Part shown: positions 1 through 13,639 of the stretch, one piece after another
Numbering within the stretch: the first letter of the stretch is position 1
Layout: the number at the start of each line of letters is the position of its first letter
Source: Balanoglossus misakiensis
Lineage: Eukaryota > Animalia > Hemichordata
Assembly: GCA_040954595.2 (NCBI GenBank)
Contig: CM082576.2
Location: 12,713,129 to 12,777,128 of the forward strand
Direction of reading: 5' to 3'
DNA length: 64,000 nt
Translations under genes and position numbers: made by a program
Notes under the pieces: generated by a model
What the model saw: only the letters and a program-made list of their open reading frames with translations
Told to the model about the DNA's origin: nothing
Database searches by the model: none

Positions 1-98
1 CGTGGATCTTGCCAACTTTACTCACAGACAACACCTTGATGAAGATGATAATTGTACAATCAATATAATTTAAAAATTGTATTTTCTGTTTTCAATAG

Positions 99-3000
99 GT
101 TGGACAGAATAACGGAATTAGCAGAGAGTTTTCTGGGACACTTTGAGCCTTACATGGGTCGGATTGAGATCAATGGTAGGCTTCAGTTTCAGAAAGATAC
201 TTCTCAGTCATTAAGATTTCCCTGTACACTGTCTTGTCATGTTAATTATTATGGTTTGGTTAAATTGGCAACCAAGAGACACTGAAATTGTGATTCACTT
301 TGGTTCATTATAAATGACGATTTCCATGTACTGTGATTTGTCAGCAGAAACTCAAAACCATGAGAAACAAAACTTTGATAGAAGTGTGTTGAGAATTGCA
401 AATGCCGCATTTGTTCTTTGCAGCACCAGTTCCTATTTCCCCACTGATTTTTGTTTGTTTGTTTTTTTTTGTTTTTTTTTGTGTATACAGGTAGTGCCAA
501 GAGAATTGAGAGAGTTTACTTTGAGATCAAAGAATCCAACATAGAGCAATGGCAGAAACCACAGATCAAGGTAAGATTCATTTGAGTCAAATTTCTAGCT
601 GTGGTTGGCATATTGTAAAACACACATTCAATAGAAACCCCAAATAAATGCTAAGAAGCTCTGCAATTTGGAATTTTTGATAGTGTCATCTCGCTTAATA
701 ATATGTTGAACCATGTGCTTCTGTCTTCAAGGAATCCAAGCGGCAGTTCTTGCATGATATCGTCAATGAAGGCGGCGAAAAAGAGAAACTGAAAGATTTT
801 GTAGACTTCTGTGAAGACACAATCTTTGAGGTATGTATACATTCATTCATTCAGCACATACATGTAATTCACTATGATGCCCTTAAGACACATAAATGTA
901 TCATAGTCATAAATTGTCAAGAATTATTCTGATTTTATTATCGTCCACTAAGAAGTCTGATCATGACATACATGTATACCAGAGAAATTAAACTAAGTGA
1001 AACTTTCCCATTTTGTGTTTTGACATTTGTTTCCCTTGGACCCACAGATGCAGCATGCAACTAGTATTAGTGGAGAGGAAGGCGGATTCTTGGAAGTGGT
1101 CACCAATGTTTTCTCCACAGGGGGAGACTCAAAGTATGTTGATATCATTAATATCCCATCTCTGTGTATTTTTCACGTTGCACTGCTTTGTAACAACTTA
1201 TAGTTTGAACATGCATGTATGATTCAAGTGTTTGCCAGTGGGCATTTCATGGGCTCATAACCCTCATAGAAGGACAGTAGTGGTTTGATATGGTATTATT
1301 TCACTGCACTTAAAGAAATTTTCCAGTATTATATGATTTCACGCTTAAAGCTTAATAGTACCCATGATGCTCTATATACGTATAAACCATTTTTCACAGT
1401 GAAGTTAATAACTTAGTTGACAACAGAATATCTTGAACAGTTGTCAACGTAGCCATTTCACCCCCAGTTCCCTCTTTAGAGGTCCAACCTTACCATAGAA
1501 TGGGCGCAGACTGAACCATGGTGGTGAAAGGGTAAATCACACGTTGATATTGTTTGGAATAAAAAAAAAACATCCTTCATTGTCTATTTAATGCTAGGAG
1601 TTGGCTGGTTCACCTTGGTCGGTCACTGAAACCAAGCAACCTCTACAAGACGGTGAAAGATGGCATCACAAACACACAGTGGGGAGTGAAGAAGATTCGC
1701 AGTATGTCCCTGGGACAACTCCTCTTTGCGCTCATCAAGTTAGTTTTCATCATAGGATGGAAGTTCGTGGGGATATTCTTCAACCTGGCCTGGTAGGTGT
1801 CATATCTGTTGTATACACTGAGTTTACATTGATCTTACAGAGGTGTAGAATATATGTATGGCCTCTTGTGCCGTGCATCGCAAGGGTCATTTGGACATGA
1901 CCTTTATTAACACAAATTTAGCTCAGATGGTAAAAATGTGTAAATGTGAACACTGTCAAATTGTATCCTTGTAGATTTTGTTGACACTGTCAGTAGATAA
2001 AAGGTTGAACAAATTTCACCTTATGACATCAAACTATTAAAAAAACACTAAACATTTTGTAAAATTCATGTTTCAATTTTTTCTCTCTGTGCCTCAGTTG
2101 ACTTGTAAAGCATTACACAGTTTGATACTTTTTTGCATATTAGTTGCACTTTTATTTGGATCCTATACTTCACATCTATTTCAGTATCTATTAAATTAAA
2201 CCTCAGTATTTTCCCCACTGTCCTGTCTTTGCAGCAAAATAGTAGGAATGCTGATAGGCAGTCGTATCATAGAGGATGCCAAAGAGCTCACTGGAAGTAT
2301 TTCCGATACGTTACACGTGCCAAACATAGCTCGGAAAGCCACCAGAGACATGTCTGATGCTTACATCATGGGAATCAGTGGCGTAGGAAGGTAAGATTTC
2401 GAGTCAATTTGGCAGAGAGTGTAATTAAGCTCTGCAGGGTGACTTTGTATTTAACCCTTTTACCCCCATTTCCCTGTACAGATGGTACAACTTTTACCAT
2501 ATACATGTAAAGCAATGGGTTTGGACCAAACCATGGTGGTGAAAGGGTTAAAAGTACCACTTGAAAATGCTGACTAAAATGGCATATTTGACATTGTACC
2601 ACCTTTTCTGTAGTAGAAAGTTATAAAATGATACTCTGTCCTATTCTGTTCATATAAATCATTGTCAAACTCTTTCTTTAACTGATAGAGGAAGCTGCAG
2701 GGATGAATTTCATGATAAAGTTATTTAAACTAGTGACAGTTAGGTATTCTTCCCGGTATATTCATGTCAACATTAAAATTAATATTCAGTGAATCTGTAA
2801 CTACCAATTGTAGCTTGCCTTTTGTACATGTATTTCAGAAACTCACGGATTAGTTGTAAAACTAGAAATCTTCATCTTTGCACTATTTTTCAATGTAAAA
2901 GTTTTTGATTTTTTTTTACCAGTCGGCCGTCAGTATCAGCATTTGGCATTGACTTCTTCAAGAAAGGTCAAGAAGGTGGAGCTGGTCACTCAGCGGAATA

Positions 3001-6000
3001 CAGGATGAGGTTACGAAGACGGAGAGGTCTGACTCCATCGTCCAGTATCGACATGGAAGAAGAAGATGAAATGCAACCGGAATCTCCGACAGCTTTGGAG
3101 CAGAATGGTCTCAAGGTGAGAAAAGTTTGATTTAAAAGCAAGATTACGTCAAAATCATGTCTTCTTTTCATTTCTTTTGATCATAAGTTGAATAGTCTGT
3201 GGTTTGCCTTTCTGCAAAATGGTATACCCTGATTACTATTAACATGTCAATTCAACTGCAGACAACTGAGAATGGTGTTGCTGGTGGAGCCACAGGTGAA
3301 CGACGTCACAGCTCAATATTTCCAAGGTAAGAATTATATCTTCGTGTAGTAAAAAACAATTCTTCAGTGAGCAGAAAAGAGATGTAATGGGAAATTATTT
3401 GTGAGCTGTGAGATATTGGATGGATTGCAGTGGATTTTCACGCTACTTGATATTCATAGCAGCTTATCTACATGTATCTATCTAACACACTTATACATGT
3501 AAGTGTCAAATGTATAATTGGCTGGTTTTGTCTCACTTTGTAATCGCTGACTTGATTTCAGTTTCTTTCTGCTGCCGGAAGCTGAGAAGGAGAGGAAAGA
3601 GGAAGAGATTGAAGAGGTCGTTGAACCCAAACTGACACAGGCCAGACAAGCATTCTTGGTAGGTACATTCCCTGTGCTTTTCGGCAAGTGATTGGTGGTG
3701 GGGGGGGGGGGGGGGGGTAACCAATCCAAAGAGTTATCAAAGGGAACTTCAAATTTCACAGATCGGAAATAGTAGTATTTTGTGAACAATAGTGCATGAG
3801 TATGAGCAGTGTAAAGATTAGATCTAGCCAATCACAGATTTTCACTTGGGTGGGCATGTGAAAAAAGTACCACGTGGTTACTAAATGGTGCCCATTAAAC
3901 ACTATATGGGCATTCATGTATGTCAATTAGACGTGATTGTATTTATTAAATATTTCTTTTTCCTGTTTTTAATCTCTTCACAGAGTATGTTTGCCCGCAA
4001 CTATTACAACCTGAAGTACGTGGCCTTGGTGTTGGCGTTCATCATCAACTTCATCCTTCTCTTCTTCAAGGTGACCAAAACAGTCTATACACTACCTGTA
4101 TGTAAGGCTTTACTAACACAATTCTTGATGTCATAAAACCGTGATGTGATGTAGGTGATACGATGGTGTGTTGGTCAGATTTGGGGTAATGACATCAAAT
4201 TGCATGCTAGCGTGGTGTAGGTTTCTCATTTGTGCTTTTGTTTGTTTGTTTGTTTGTTTGTTTGTTAACATATAATTACAAAATTTTGATATTTGCATGT
4301 CAAAATTGGTGTTGTGCGTGTTACATAAAACTAACATAAAATAGTGCAAAATTTTTATATTAATTTTAAAAATGTTTGTCATTCGTGGTTGTTCATTGTC
4401 TCAAGACAGTAAAAATTGTTGTAGAACAACACTAACGTTATATTTTTAAAAAATGACATCAAGTTATCCCAGGTGAAATCTACTGTTTTCTGTGACCTAT
4501 TAATACTGAAAAGTAATAATTCATTTGACAAAACTAATGGCACTGCTGAGAGAATTCCCCTTTTGCAATTGTTGTATCGATTGGATCATTTTGGAAATCA
4601 CACTGAATAGCAAATTTTTTTTTGTCCATCGCACCAACAGGCTAAGAACCACGCGTACAGTGCTTTCTCAATCAGTGTGGAAGACATGCCAGATGTGATG
4701 GAAGTCGACACAAATGTGTCGGATGAAGTCGACGAGGACTATGAAGAATGGATAACACTGGAGGGTTCCTTTGGTTACCTGGAGCCCTTATTACAGCTGT
4801 TTAGTATTGTGCACACGGCCACAGCTCTGTCCATGCTAATAGCATACTGTGCATTAAAGGTGCGGTCGCTGACTCTCATAGCAAGGAAATTTATGTTTGG
4901 TGTTTGGACCATACGAAGTCACCTACAAACATGTATATGTTTGATACATCTCTTAACATTTTGTCATAGTGTTTGTAAACTGTACTTACCACATTTTCAT
5001 CTTGTTGGCCATCCCGTAGAATGTCCGGTGACTTTTGCCGTTTCATGTCAAATCGGAAAACTGGCTCTTATGTAGACTTGTATGTAGCTTTGATATGTTG
5101 AATATTTCAAATAGTGTATGAAGTTCCTCAGACTGACAGGTGAATATCTGGCACTGAAAAAATCTTCTTCTCTTTTCCTTGCCTGCAGGTTCCACTTGCT
5201 ATCTTCAAGAGGGAGAAGGAAGTATCCAGAAAACTAGAGTTTGACGGAACGTGGATCACAGAGCAGCCAGAACGAGGTGACGTCAAAAGCATGTGGGATT
5301 CTTTGGTGATCAGTACAAGGTAAGGGAATTAATCTGTGACTATGTCAAGAGCTTTTCTGAGAAACTGACTATTAAATACATAGTATACTCTGATGACTGT
5401 GGTGTGTTTGTTTGTTTGTTTGTTTGTTTGTTTGTTTGGATGAATGAATGAATGAATGTAGATGAGTGTAAAAAGCCTTGGTAAATGCTTCAAGCTATAG
5501 ATATCACCTTTGGATTTTTTCCACAATTATTCATATTCTTTCTTTCTTCAACCAGATCATTTCCCGTTAACTACTGGGACAAGCTGGTCAAACGGAAGGT
5601 GAGGAAAGTTTGCTTTCTGTTCGGCGTTGGGGTCTCTTCCGATGCATAGTGAGTGAGCCATCACTCATCTACCAATCACTACAGAAAATGTCGCCCCTTC
5701 CCATTTGTCAGTACCAGGTAAACGTCATGTGATTGTCACATGGTACGTGTAAGCCAATGATCATCTTGCTCTTTTCCCCTGTAGGTGAGGAAGAAGTACA
5801 GTGAAAGTGTGGACGATGACAAGATCTGTGCATTGTTAGGCATGGAGAAAGAAGACAATTTGTTCCAAGAATCAATGGAAGACGACCAAGACAGTATTTT
5901 GACTGCAATGTGAGTAATAGTGAATCAAACTAGAACAAAATAAAACCAAGGCTACCGGTACTCAATTTTGAATCCTTGGTTTTCTCCACCTGATTGATGT

Positions 6001-9000
6001 TTAACATGTGATTTTCTTTTCTTCAAAACATCACATTTTTAGAGAAATAGGTACAATTGAGTTTGTCAGGAGCTTTATGTATCTTTATTTTGATATGTCA
6101 ATATTTTTTTCTTCAGCTTGAAGTCCGTTGACTGGAAGTACCAGCTGTGGAAGTGTGGAGTCATATGCACCGATAATGTGAGTCATGATAATGTCAATCT
6201 TTTCATTATCTTGAATCCTAATTTCAGAAATCCACTCAGAAATCAATGTCCTGATTATGCTTTGTTATCTGATACTGTCTGGTAAATTTGTCTTGTTTGC
6301 CAGATCAAGGCTGAAGAATACTAATGTTGACACTATTTCCATTTTTCTTTTCTCAGTCCTTCCTCTACATCGCCTTCTATCTGATCTTCTCCTTCCTGGG
6401 ACACATCAACCCATTCTTCTTTGCCGCTCATCTCTTGGATGTTGCCATGGGTTTTAAGACGCTGAGGACTGTATTGCAGTCAGTCACACACAACGGCAAA
6501 CAGGTATGCTGACTGTGGGGGCGCTGTGTATGTGTAGGCCATGCAAGGACACATGTTGATAAAATTACGCATATTTGGAAGATCAGTTTGACAGTTGCCA
6601 ATTTTATAGTGTTTCTATTTTCCTGGGTTGTATTAGTAGTGTGTATGGTACACATGGATCAGCTTGTAGTGTCATATAAAGTTTTCTTGGCAGTGCTGGC
6701 TGTTTTTGGTGACATTTTTTCTAGCTTCATTTTTCTGATCGAATTCTTTATCTTTGCAGCTGATCTTGACAGTAATGATGACATCTATCATCATCTGGCT
6801 GTACACAGTGATCGCGTTCAACTTCTTCCGGAAATTCTATCTTAAAGGAGAAGAAGGAGAAGTGGAGTACAAGTGCCATAATATGTTCTCTGTGAGTGAC
6901 AGTCCTGTTGTGCATGATATACACATAGATCCTCACCAATGATCTGGACTCTTCTTACTGTTAATTATTTATTTTAAGTTTTTCTGTGTATAAAGTGCAT
7001 ATGATGGTAATGACGGTGACCATGACAACAGTGACAAATACAATGATGATGATGATGATGATGACGACGACGACGACGAGGACGACAACAACAACGATGA
7101 TAAATAATTAAACTGAAGTACATGTCAAAAGAACTGCACCTGTGCGCATTAAATGCACTCCCAGAGTTCATACATTCAGGAAAGTCTGTGAAAGTCCTGG
7201 AACCTTAAACCACTCCTGGAAAATCCTTGAAAAATTAAATATAAAATCATGGAAAATTGTTTTATATTAATTATAAAACTTCAAAAATCATGAAAATTTT
7301 CTCGTGAGTTCACTAGCACAGTTATGTATCTTAAATACCTCTAGAAAATCACCAAAAATTATGAAAGGTTCTGGAACTTTTAGAGACTGACCAGTGACTT
7401 CATCCTTGTATGAACTCAGGCACTAGTCTTGCACTAAGCTTGTCAGAATTACTTTACGGTAATGTTATTTGATTTACACACCTTTTTTTCACTTTTATTT
7501 AAGCTATTCTATTTTTGTTTTTGTTTATTATGTTTTATACTTTCAGTGTTTTGTGTTCCATTTGCACACTGGTTTGAGAGCAGGTGGTGGTATAGGTATG
7601 TATCCCAGCATGCCGTTGCTCGGTCAGACTAACAGCCTCTCTTTGCATTCCAGTGTTTTATCTATCATTTACATAGCGGCTTACGGGCTGGAGGAGGCAT
7701 CGGTAAGGCGTCTCTTCCTCTAAGTCTCTTGCAATGTGAAATCAAAACAAAATCAAAGAAATAATAACAATTTTTCTAGGTGACTGGTTTGCAGTAGGGT
7801 CTGTGTTGTGATTGGGGAAACTTCCCAATAATATTCTCAATATATTCAGGATTTAATAAATCACTTCCCCAACACAAATTGTAAGGAACTTCTCTGTAAA
7901 TTTTGAAGAAAATTACTTCAGTCTCCCCACCCCCCTCCACACTTTCACCTACTGCTGTAACCTATAAAATTCTTTTGTGTATGCTTTTAGTACACACTGT
8001 ACAAAACATTATGCAAATGAGAGTGCCTAATTCCAATACAGCTGATGCATTCCTGTAAAGTCGTTCCTGCGTACTGAGTAACAGAACCACTTTGTTTAAT
8101 GAATTTGGAAGAAAAGAAAAATTAACCTACATTGTTGAAACCTCCAGTGAAGTTTACCATGAAATGTGAATTCAGTTTGAAGGAGCTCGACTTATAAAAA
8201 CCTTGCCATAATTTTTTTTTACCAGTCAAGTATGTGTGTCGCCCCACATTCAGAGATACTTGCATAATGTTATTTGTTGCATGACAGTGAGATGTTGGGG
8301 ACAGATGCATTTGTTTTGCGACCTTTGTGATGTCAGATCAGGTCACCTCACACATCCTCATGTCTGAGAGTTATCATAAGCCCGGACCAGTCCCAAGTCG
8401 TAAAGTCGGCTACACTTTCCAAGTATGTGGGTGTGATGTGGAGTAATGTGTATTTTTGTAACACAGGTCTTGACCTGGGAGCGAGAAGAATTCTATAAAT
8501 GTAAATATAGGCTTGCAGTGGTGAAAAACAGGAGACAAATCTTTGTTGATGAAATACACGGTGTGAAAAGTATGGCTAACTATAGTCAAATCTCTGGCAC
8601 TGCATACAAATATTAATATCGCGATTCCATATCTGAAATTTCTGGAAGTTGTACATTAAGTGCAATTTAGAATATCAAAAGAAAAGCAAATGCCTGCTTG
8701 AAACACTCACTCAACTGTGGTGGGTGCAGTATTCCCAGAACGACAGGGATGGCATCAGAAAAATCTGTTTGTACGTGTATTCATGCATAGACCCTAGATG
8801 TGAAATGCTTGATAAACATAAATGTATATAGAATTTATACTGAACTTGGTGGTGTAGACCAAACGGGTACTTTATTTTGTGTGATCATTGAATAAAATTC
8901 TATATGAAGTTTCATATTTGCAGACTATCCTTCAGACAAAATAGAAAGCCACTTTGTAGTGTATCACTCCACCATTTGTTTTGCATATTTCACACGACCT

Positions 9001-11298
9001 TTCGGAAGGCCTCAGCTTTGGGGTCAAAGTGCAAACGTAAAAATACTAGTACCAGTGCATTTCCTGTATATACCGTAGTTGCTAAAATTTTCTCACGGTA
9101 TTTACCACTCAAAAAATCAAGAAAAATCAAGAAAATTTTCATTTTTTATGCCAGAATCATCACAGACTTTACTGATGTAATGCTAAAATAAACATTAATC
9201 TATTCTCTAATTTTTGCAGCCGATGAGATTGAAGCTCCAGATGGTGATCCGTACGAGTTCTACCGTATCGTCTTTGATATCACTTTCTTCTTCTTTGTGA
9301 TTGTCATCTTGCTTGCCATCATTCAGGGTGAGTACAATCAAAACTGATCAGCAGGCAACAGAGGAACACACCTTATGAATGTATTTTATAGATAGTGTTT
9401 TAGCAACTTATAAATTTCAAAGTGAATCATCCATTATAATACACATGTATACAAAACCCATCGTTATCTGAACTGTAACATCATAAACTTTTGGAGTTGG
9501 CGCTTTATCTGATTATGTTTATAATTAAGTTACAGATAACTTCATTGTCAACACTTTTTTTGCATCTCTTCAGGTTTGATCATCGATGCATTTGGAGAGT
9601 TGAGAGATCAGTTGGAACAAGTCAAAGAGGACATGGAGGTAAACATGACAATGCTGTTATAGAAACTAAAGACAGACATGCACTGTGCTGAGGATGACTG
9701 CCCTCTATGGCTGAAATGCAACTATGGTCATAGTCCTTGCCTTGAATGTGAAAAAGGTTCTCTCAAGATATTTTTTCAAGAGATGCAGATATTTATTCAC
9801 ATAAACAGTCTGTGCATTATACATATTTGGAAAAATACAACAACATTAAAATACTATTTTCTTCTTGTACAGAGTAAATGCTTCATCTGTGGTATTGGGA
9901 AAGAATACTTTGATCGAGAACCTCATGGATTTGAGAAACACGTCATGAAAGAACATGACTTCGCAAACTACATGTGAGTATTAATAATCGCTCTAGTGAC
10001 CACACTGGCTTAACCCTTTCACCACCACAGTTTGGTCCAAATATATTAGTTTCTATGGTAAAGTTGGACCTCTGTATTAAAGGGAACTGTGGTGAAAAGG
10101 TTAAAGTCATAACAATACAAATGCATCTACACGTGTTATTATATAATTTTCCTCCCATTCAGTTTATTTTTTTTAATTTCACAAATTTACAAAAAATTTG
10201 ACATCACTTCATCCAGATCTGATCAGACTATTTTTTGGTAAGGCTGGCAGGATATAATAAAAATTCACAGGAAAGGGGAAATGTATCATGAGAAACCATG
10301 TTGGTCATATCTCAAACAGTACCACTAGTCAAAGAAACATGATGATTGCCGAAACAAAACAGGATCGTGAGTGATTACTGATGTCAGCTCAGTTAATATA
10401 TGCCAACAGTTGACAACAGACACCTATGCTGTTTAATTAAGTGTACACCCTCCCTCCTCATATTTGTTTGACACACTATCACTATCAGTGTGACTAATGG
10501 AAAAATTCCTGTGTTTCGTTCACCAGGTTTTTCTTGATGCACTTGATTAACAAACCGGAAACCGAGTACACTGGTCAGGTAAGGGGGAAGCAGACTTTTC
10601 AGAATTCTGGACGGCGTCTTGTTTACTCTGGTGTTCAGTCATGCATGACAAAAGCGATTTTAAAGTATCTATTCTTCCGCGACAGAATGAATGCTGTTAA
10701 ATCCCAGATGTTAGATAATGCGCCAAAGCCAGGGTGAAATTAAACCTATACAACCAGAGATCCAGTCAATTCTGGTCTTTCACAATTCCTTTTGTGTCAC
10801 TTTTCAATTCCCAGCACTCTTGTTACATGGAAATAATGCATATTAATTATTATGATTACTGTTTCATTGTATCACAATATCGGTATTAAATGGCAGAATT
10901 GAACAAAGGCATATTGTTGGATGGCAGGTCAACTGAAACTGTTACAGTGACTGGTGGAGCAATTCACAGGCTTTTACTAACCAGTGTATGCAGAAAGTAG
11001 GCATATACACAAAAGGAGAAAATTTTGTTTATGAAACATTTATGTATGTTTTAAATTGGGTTAACGTTTCAGTATGATTTACTGGCAAGATAGTAAGTTT
11101 ATCGTACCCTGTTTGTCTAATAAACAATGTTTTGGTGACAAACACAACTGTTAGAAAATAGCATTTTGTGATTGTTATGAATTCTGGATTTCTTTTGATC
11201 TGTTGCAGGAGTCCTATGTGTGGCAGCTGTACCAAGAGAGATGCTGGGACTTCTTCCCCGTCGGAAACTGCTTCCGGAAACAATACGAAGAAGAATGA
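99..11298 (+). CDS. RYR: Ryanodine receptor, C-terminal part (post-EF-hand region, S1-S6 channel domain, C-terminal Zn domain); 5' part lies outside the window
   Basis: Phase-compatible GT/AG exons: 99-175, 491-570, 732-830, 1048-1133, 1598-1792, 2235-2390, 2923-3115, 3262-3326, 3562-3658, 3984-4070, 4641-4859, 5189-5319, 5556-5598, 5785-5909, 6117-6177, 6357-6503, 6760-6891, 7547-7595 or 7654-7702, 9220-9327, 9574-9638, 9873-9973, 10527-10578, 11209-11298. RyR hallmark peptides: [199 protein letters not shown]. Confidence 0.98.
1450..1536. mobile_element. Degenerate copy of ~95-bp piggyBac-like MITE family
   Basis: Shares ccatggtggtgaaagggt end and cacccccagttccct...ccaaccttaccata interior with the 2451-2551 copy. 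Confidence 0.6.
2451..2551. mobile_element. ~95-bp piggyBac-like MITE (TTAA TSD, CCCTTT...AAAGGG termini)
   Basis: TTAA|CCCTTTTACC ... GGTGAAAGGG|TTAA; related copies at 1450-1536, 10010-10104 and 18863-18947. Confidence 0.75.
7040..7100. repeat. Compound (GAT)n(GAC)n(CAA)n trinucleotide microsatellite
   Basis: Directly visible in the RyR intron. Confidence 0.85.
7162..7418. mobile_element. Degenerate non-autonomous DNA transposon (hAT-like MITE)
   Basis: 11-bp inverted ends gagttcataca / tgtatgaactc, repeated internal (cc)tggaaaa/tgaaaa motifs; TSD only partially matching (gcact). Confidence 0.5.
7547..7595 (+). CDS. RYR: RyR pore-helix/filter exon, copy A ([16 protein letters not shown])
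   Basis: 49 nt, tttcag acceptor, G|gtatgt donor, phase 0 in and phase 1 out; fits between exons 6760-6891 and 9220-9327. Confidence 0.92.
7654..7702 (+). CDS. RYR: RyR pore-helix/filter exon, copy B ([16 protein letters not shown]), putative mutually exclusive alternative
   Basis: 49 nt, ctctctttgcattccag acceptor preceded by a GACTAAC branch-point consensus at 7627-7633, G|gtaagg donor; same length and phases as copy A; 13 of 16 residues identical. Confidence 0.9.
10010..10104. mobile_element. ~95-bp piggyBac-like MITE, opposite orientation to the 2451 copy
   Basis: TTAA|CCCTTTCACC ... GGTGAAAAGG|TTAA; interior is the approximate reverse complement of 2451-2551. Confidence 0.75.
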
Positions 11299-12947
11299 AC
11301 AGAACTTACAATCTGTCTTTAAATGCCTTGAAAATAACGCGATGAAACTAAAAACACACAAGTGAAACTCAAAACTCACTCTGTCGGAGTGTGTAGAAGA
11401 CAAACTAACCATGTGAGAATAGGAAAAAACGTTGACAGCTTCCTGTTAAGTTTGAACCTAACCATGCGAAAATATGAAAACAGTTCTTAAAGATTAAAAC
11501 GAAGCAAAAAAATATGTACGGGAATGAATTGAAGTGATTTTAGTCTTCTGCTGGACTGTGTTTATTTGTAGTATCAGGATAGCCGGGGATGTTCGTAAAC
11601 AAAGAAAGGCTATGCCCAATACTTGTAAGTCCCTTCTAACTATTATTTAAAAATAGGAAGACAAAAAAAGAGAAAGACGTAATGTCAAATATTTTCATAT
11701 AATATCTAATATATACTGTTAGTTGTGTGTTCAGAACTGAACAAATTCAGTTTTTTTTCAAACAATGAAGAACACAACTTTGTATAAGATCATGTCCGCA
11801 AAAAAAGCAGTAGGGATGTTGGATTCTCTGCTTTTAGCAATTTAGCAAAACCTACAATCATGTTCTTCAGATTTCAAGTTTTACTCTCCACCGATCTTCA
11901 GATTTTTAGGAGAGAACGTTAGAACCTTTTTTAATAAAGACTTCTCCTTCTGAAAGGAAACTTTCTCATTATCTATGCAAAACCAAATAAAACTGTGCCT
12001 GGTGTAGGGCCTCTTCTTTGAAACAGATGGAGTTAGGAAGGAGAGAATCTGCCATTTTATGCACGGAACAAACATTTTGCACTGTCGGAGGAATTCTACC
12101 GAGATATTGCCAAACAGAGTGTGTGTGAACAAAAAACACTCAGACAACTCACATTGTGTGTATAATGACAGCAGTTTTAAAAACAAATTGATATTATAAT
12201 TTGCAGTCGTTTATTGCATGACGAAACTTTCAAACTAATTTGTGCTAGAAGATACCGAACGTATGTTTACACGCAGCAGACACCATGACATTTCTGTGCA
12301 TCGAAACATTTGTATTTATTGGGGTGCTGAAGAGGTTTTTACTAGAGTTAGTAAAAGTTCAACGCTAAGAAAGTGCAATGTGTGATTAGCTTGTATGTAC
12401 CGCTGTTATTTACATAATAGGACGATTTCAGTAGAGAATGACAGTAATAGTGTGTAGCTGCTGTTTTTTCCCTGTAATTTGCTCCCCTAGAAGTAATGGC
12501 AGCTTAATTTCCTTAGTGTCCATCAGTTTGGGTTTGACTGTAATTTCCTTTTTAAAGTTTTATTTAAATTGGGTTGGTTTGGTGTTCATAGAGATTTTTC
12601 AAGTTAAATTATTCGTTACGATAGGAGGGTTCCATAGCGAAACAAGTTTTAGATGTAGTAACACTATAAAAATATTTCAAAGGCAAGCTGGTCTTAGCTG
12701 ATAGGTCATTACAGATTTTCAATTCTGAATCAAGCTTGAATTTTAACATCAACAAATCTTCCGAGCCATTTGCAATTGACTGATTTTTTTTTTTTGTACA
12801 GCTCACGATTACAAATTAACACGCTGAATGAATTTCCATACTCTGCCAGTTGTTGTCATTTCAAAAACTGACAAGAAATAAAATCCAACATTCTTTTGCA
12901 AAGAATATTGTTGTGTCTGATTTTCTTTCAGTTTGACTGGTAAATGG

Positions 12948-13067
12948 CAGTGTCAATCTGATTAAAATCAGATGTAGGGAACGGCGACTTGGTTTTTTTA
13001 TGCTGTCGCATAAAAAAAAAACAAGTCGCCGTTCCCTACATCTGATCTTAATCAGATTGTGACACTG
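12948..13067. repeat. ~120-bp near-perfect palindrome (foldback MITE-like)
   Basis: cagtgtcaatctgattaaaatcagatgtagggaacggcgacttg...T-run / short loop / A-run...caagtcgccgttccctacatctgatcttaatcagattgtgacactg; related copy at 32819-32917. Confidence 0.85.
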
Positions 13068-13639
13068 TGTGACTGATGGTATGGTCGGTCCTGGGCAGTC
13101 AATTTCTGAACAACCAGTGTATTGTACATCATATGACTGCAATCCCAAGTTTACACTTTCCTGTCAAACAGCCTCACAGCGTCAACATATTGCAGATAGT
13201 ATCTTAGATTACATAGAACTACCAAAGCCAACTTCAAATTATTCATTTCAGATACAAGAGCCAAGAATGTTTTTAAAAAATGCTTTATTATCATAAAACT
13301 GTACATAATTTACAGTCACAGGGAAGAATCTGTACAAAAAAGTTGACATTAAGCAGGACTGATCCAACAATATACGTACGGGTAAATTTGTACAAGTGAG
13401 ATTATGTTTAGAGATTGGCCTCTGGTAGTGGTATGATTGCAAAACTCCTGGTATGTGTTTTGGAATGCAAAGTTATTAGTGGCTTTGACGGCCCCAAATT
13501 GTCAGGTACTTTATGTTGTGCAGTTAAACGCCACCATAGACAATCATGGCATCATATTACCCCTGAGCACAATTATGTCGCAAGATAATAAACCTGGAAA
13601 TAAAATCAAGGTCTCAATTCACCCTGATCATTGATTGTA

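Noticed and set aside
7780-7811. Possible alternative acceptor (tttttctag|GT GAC) that would restore GIGD in RyR
   Set aside because: It reads [10 protein letters not shown] then a stop, with no similarity to the S6 exon.
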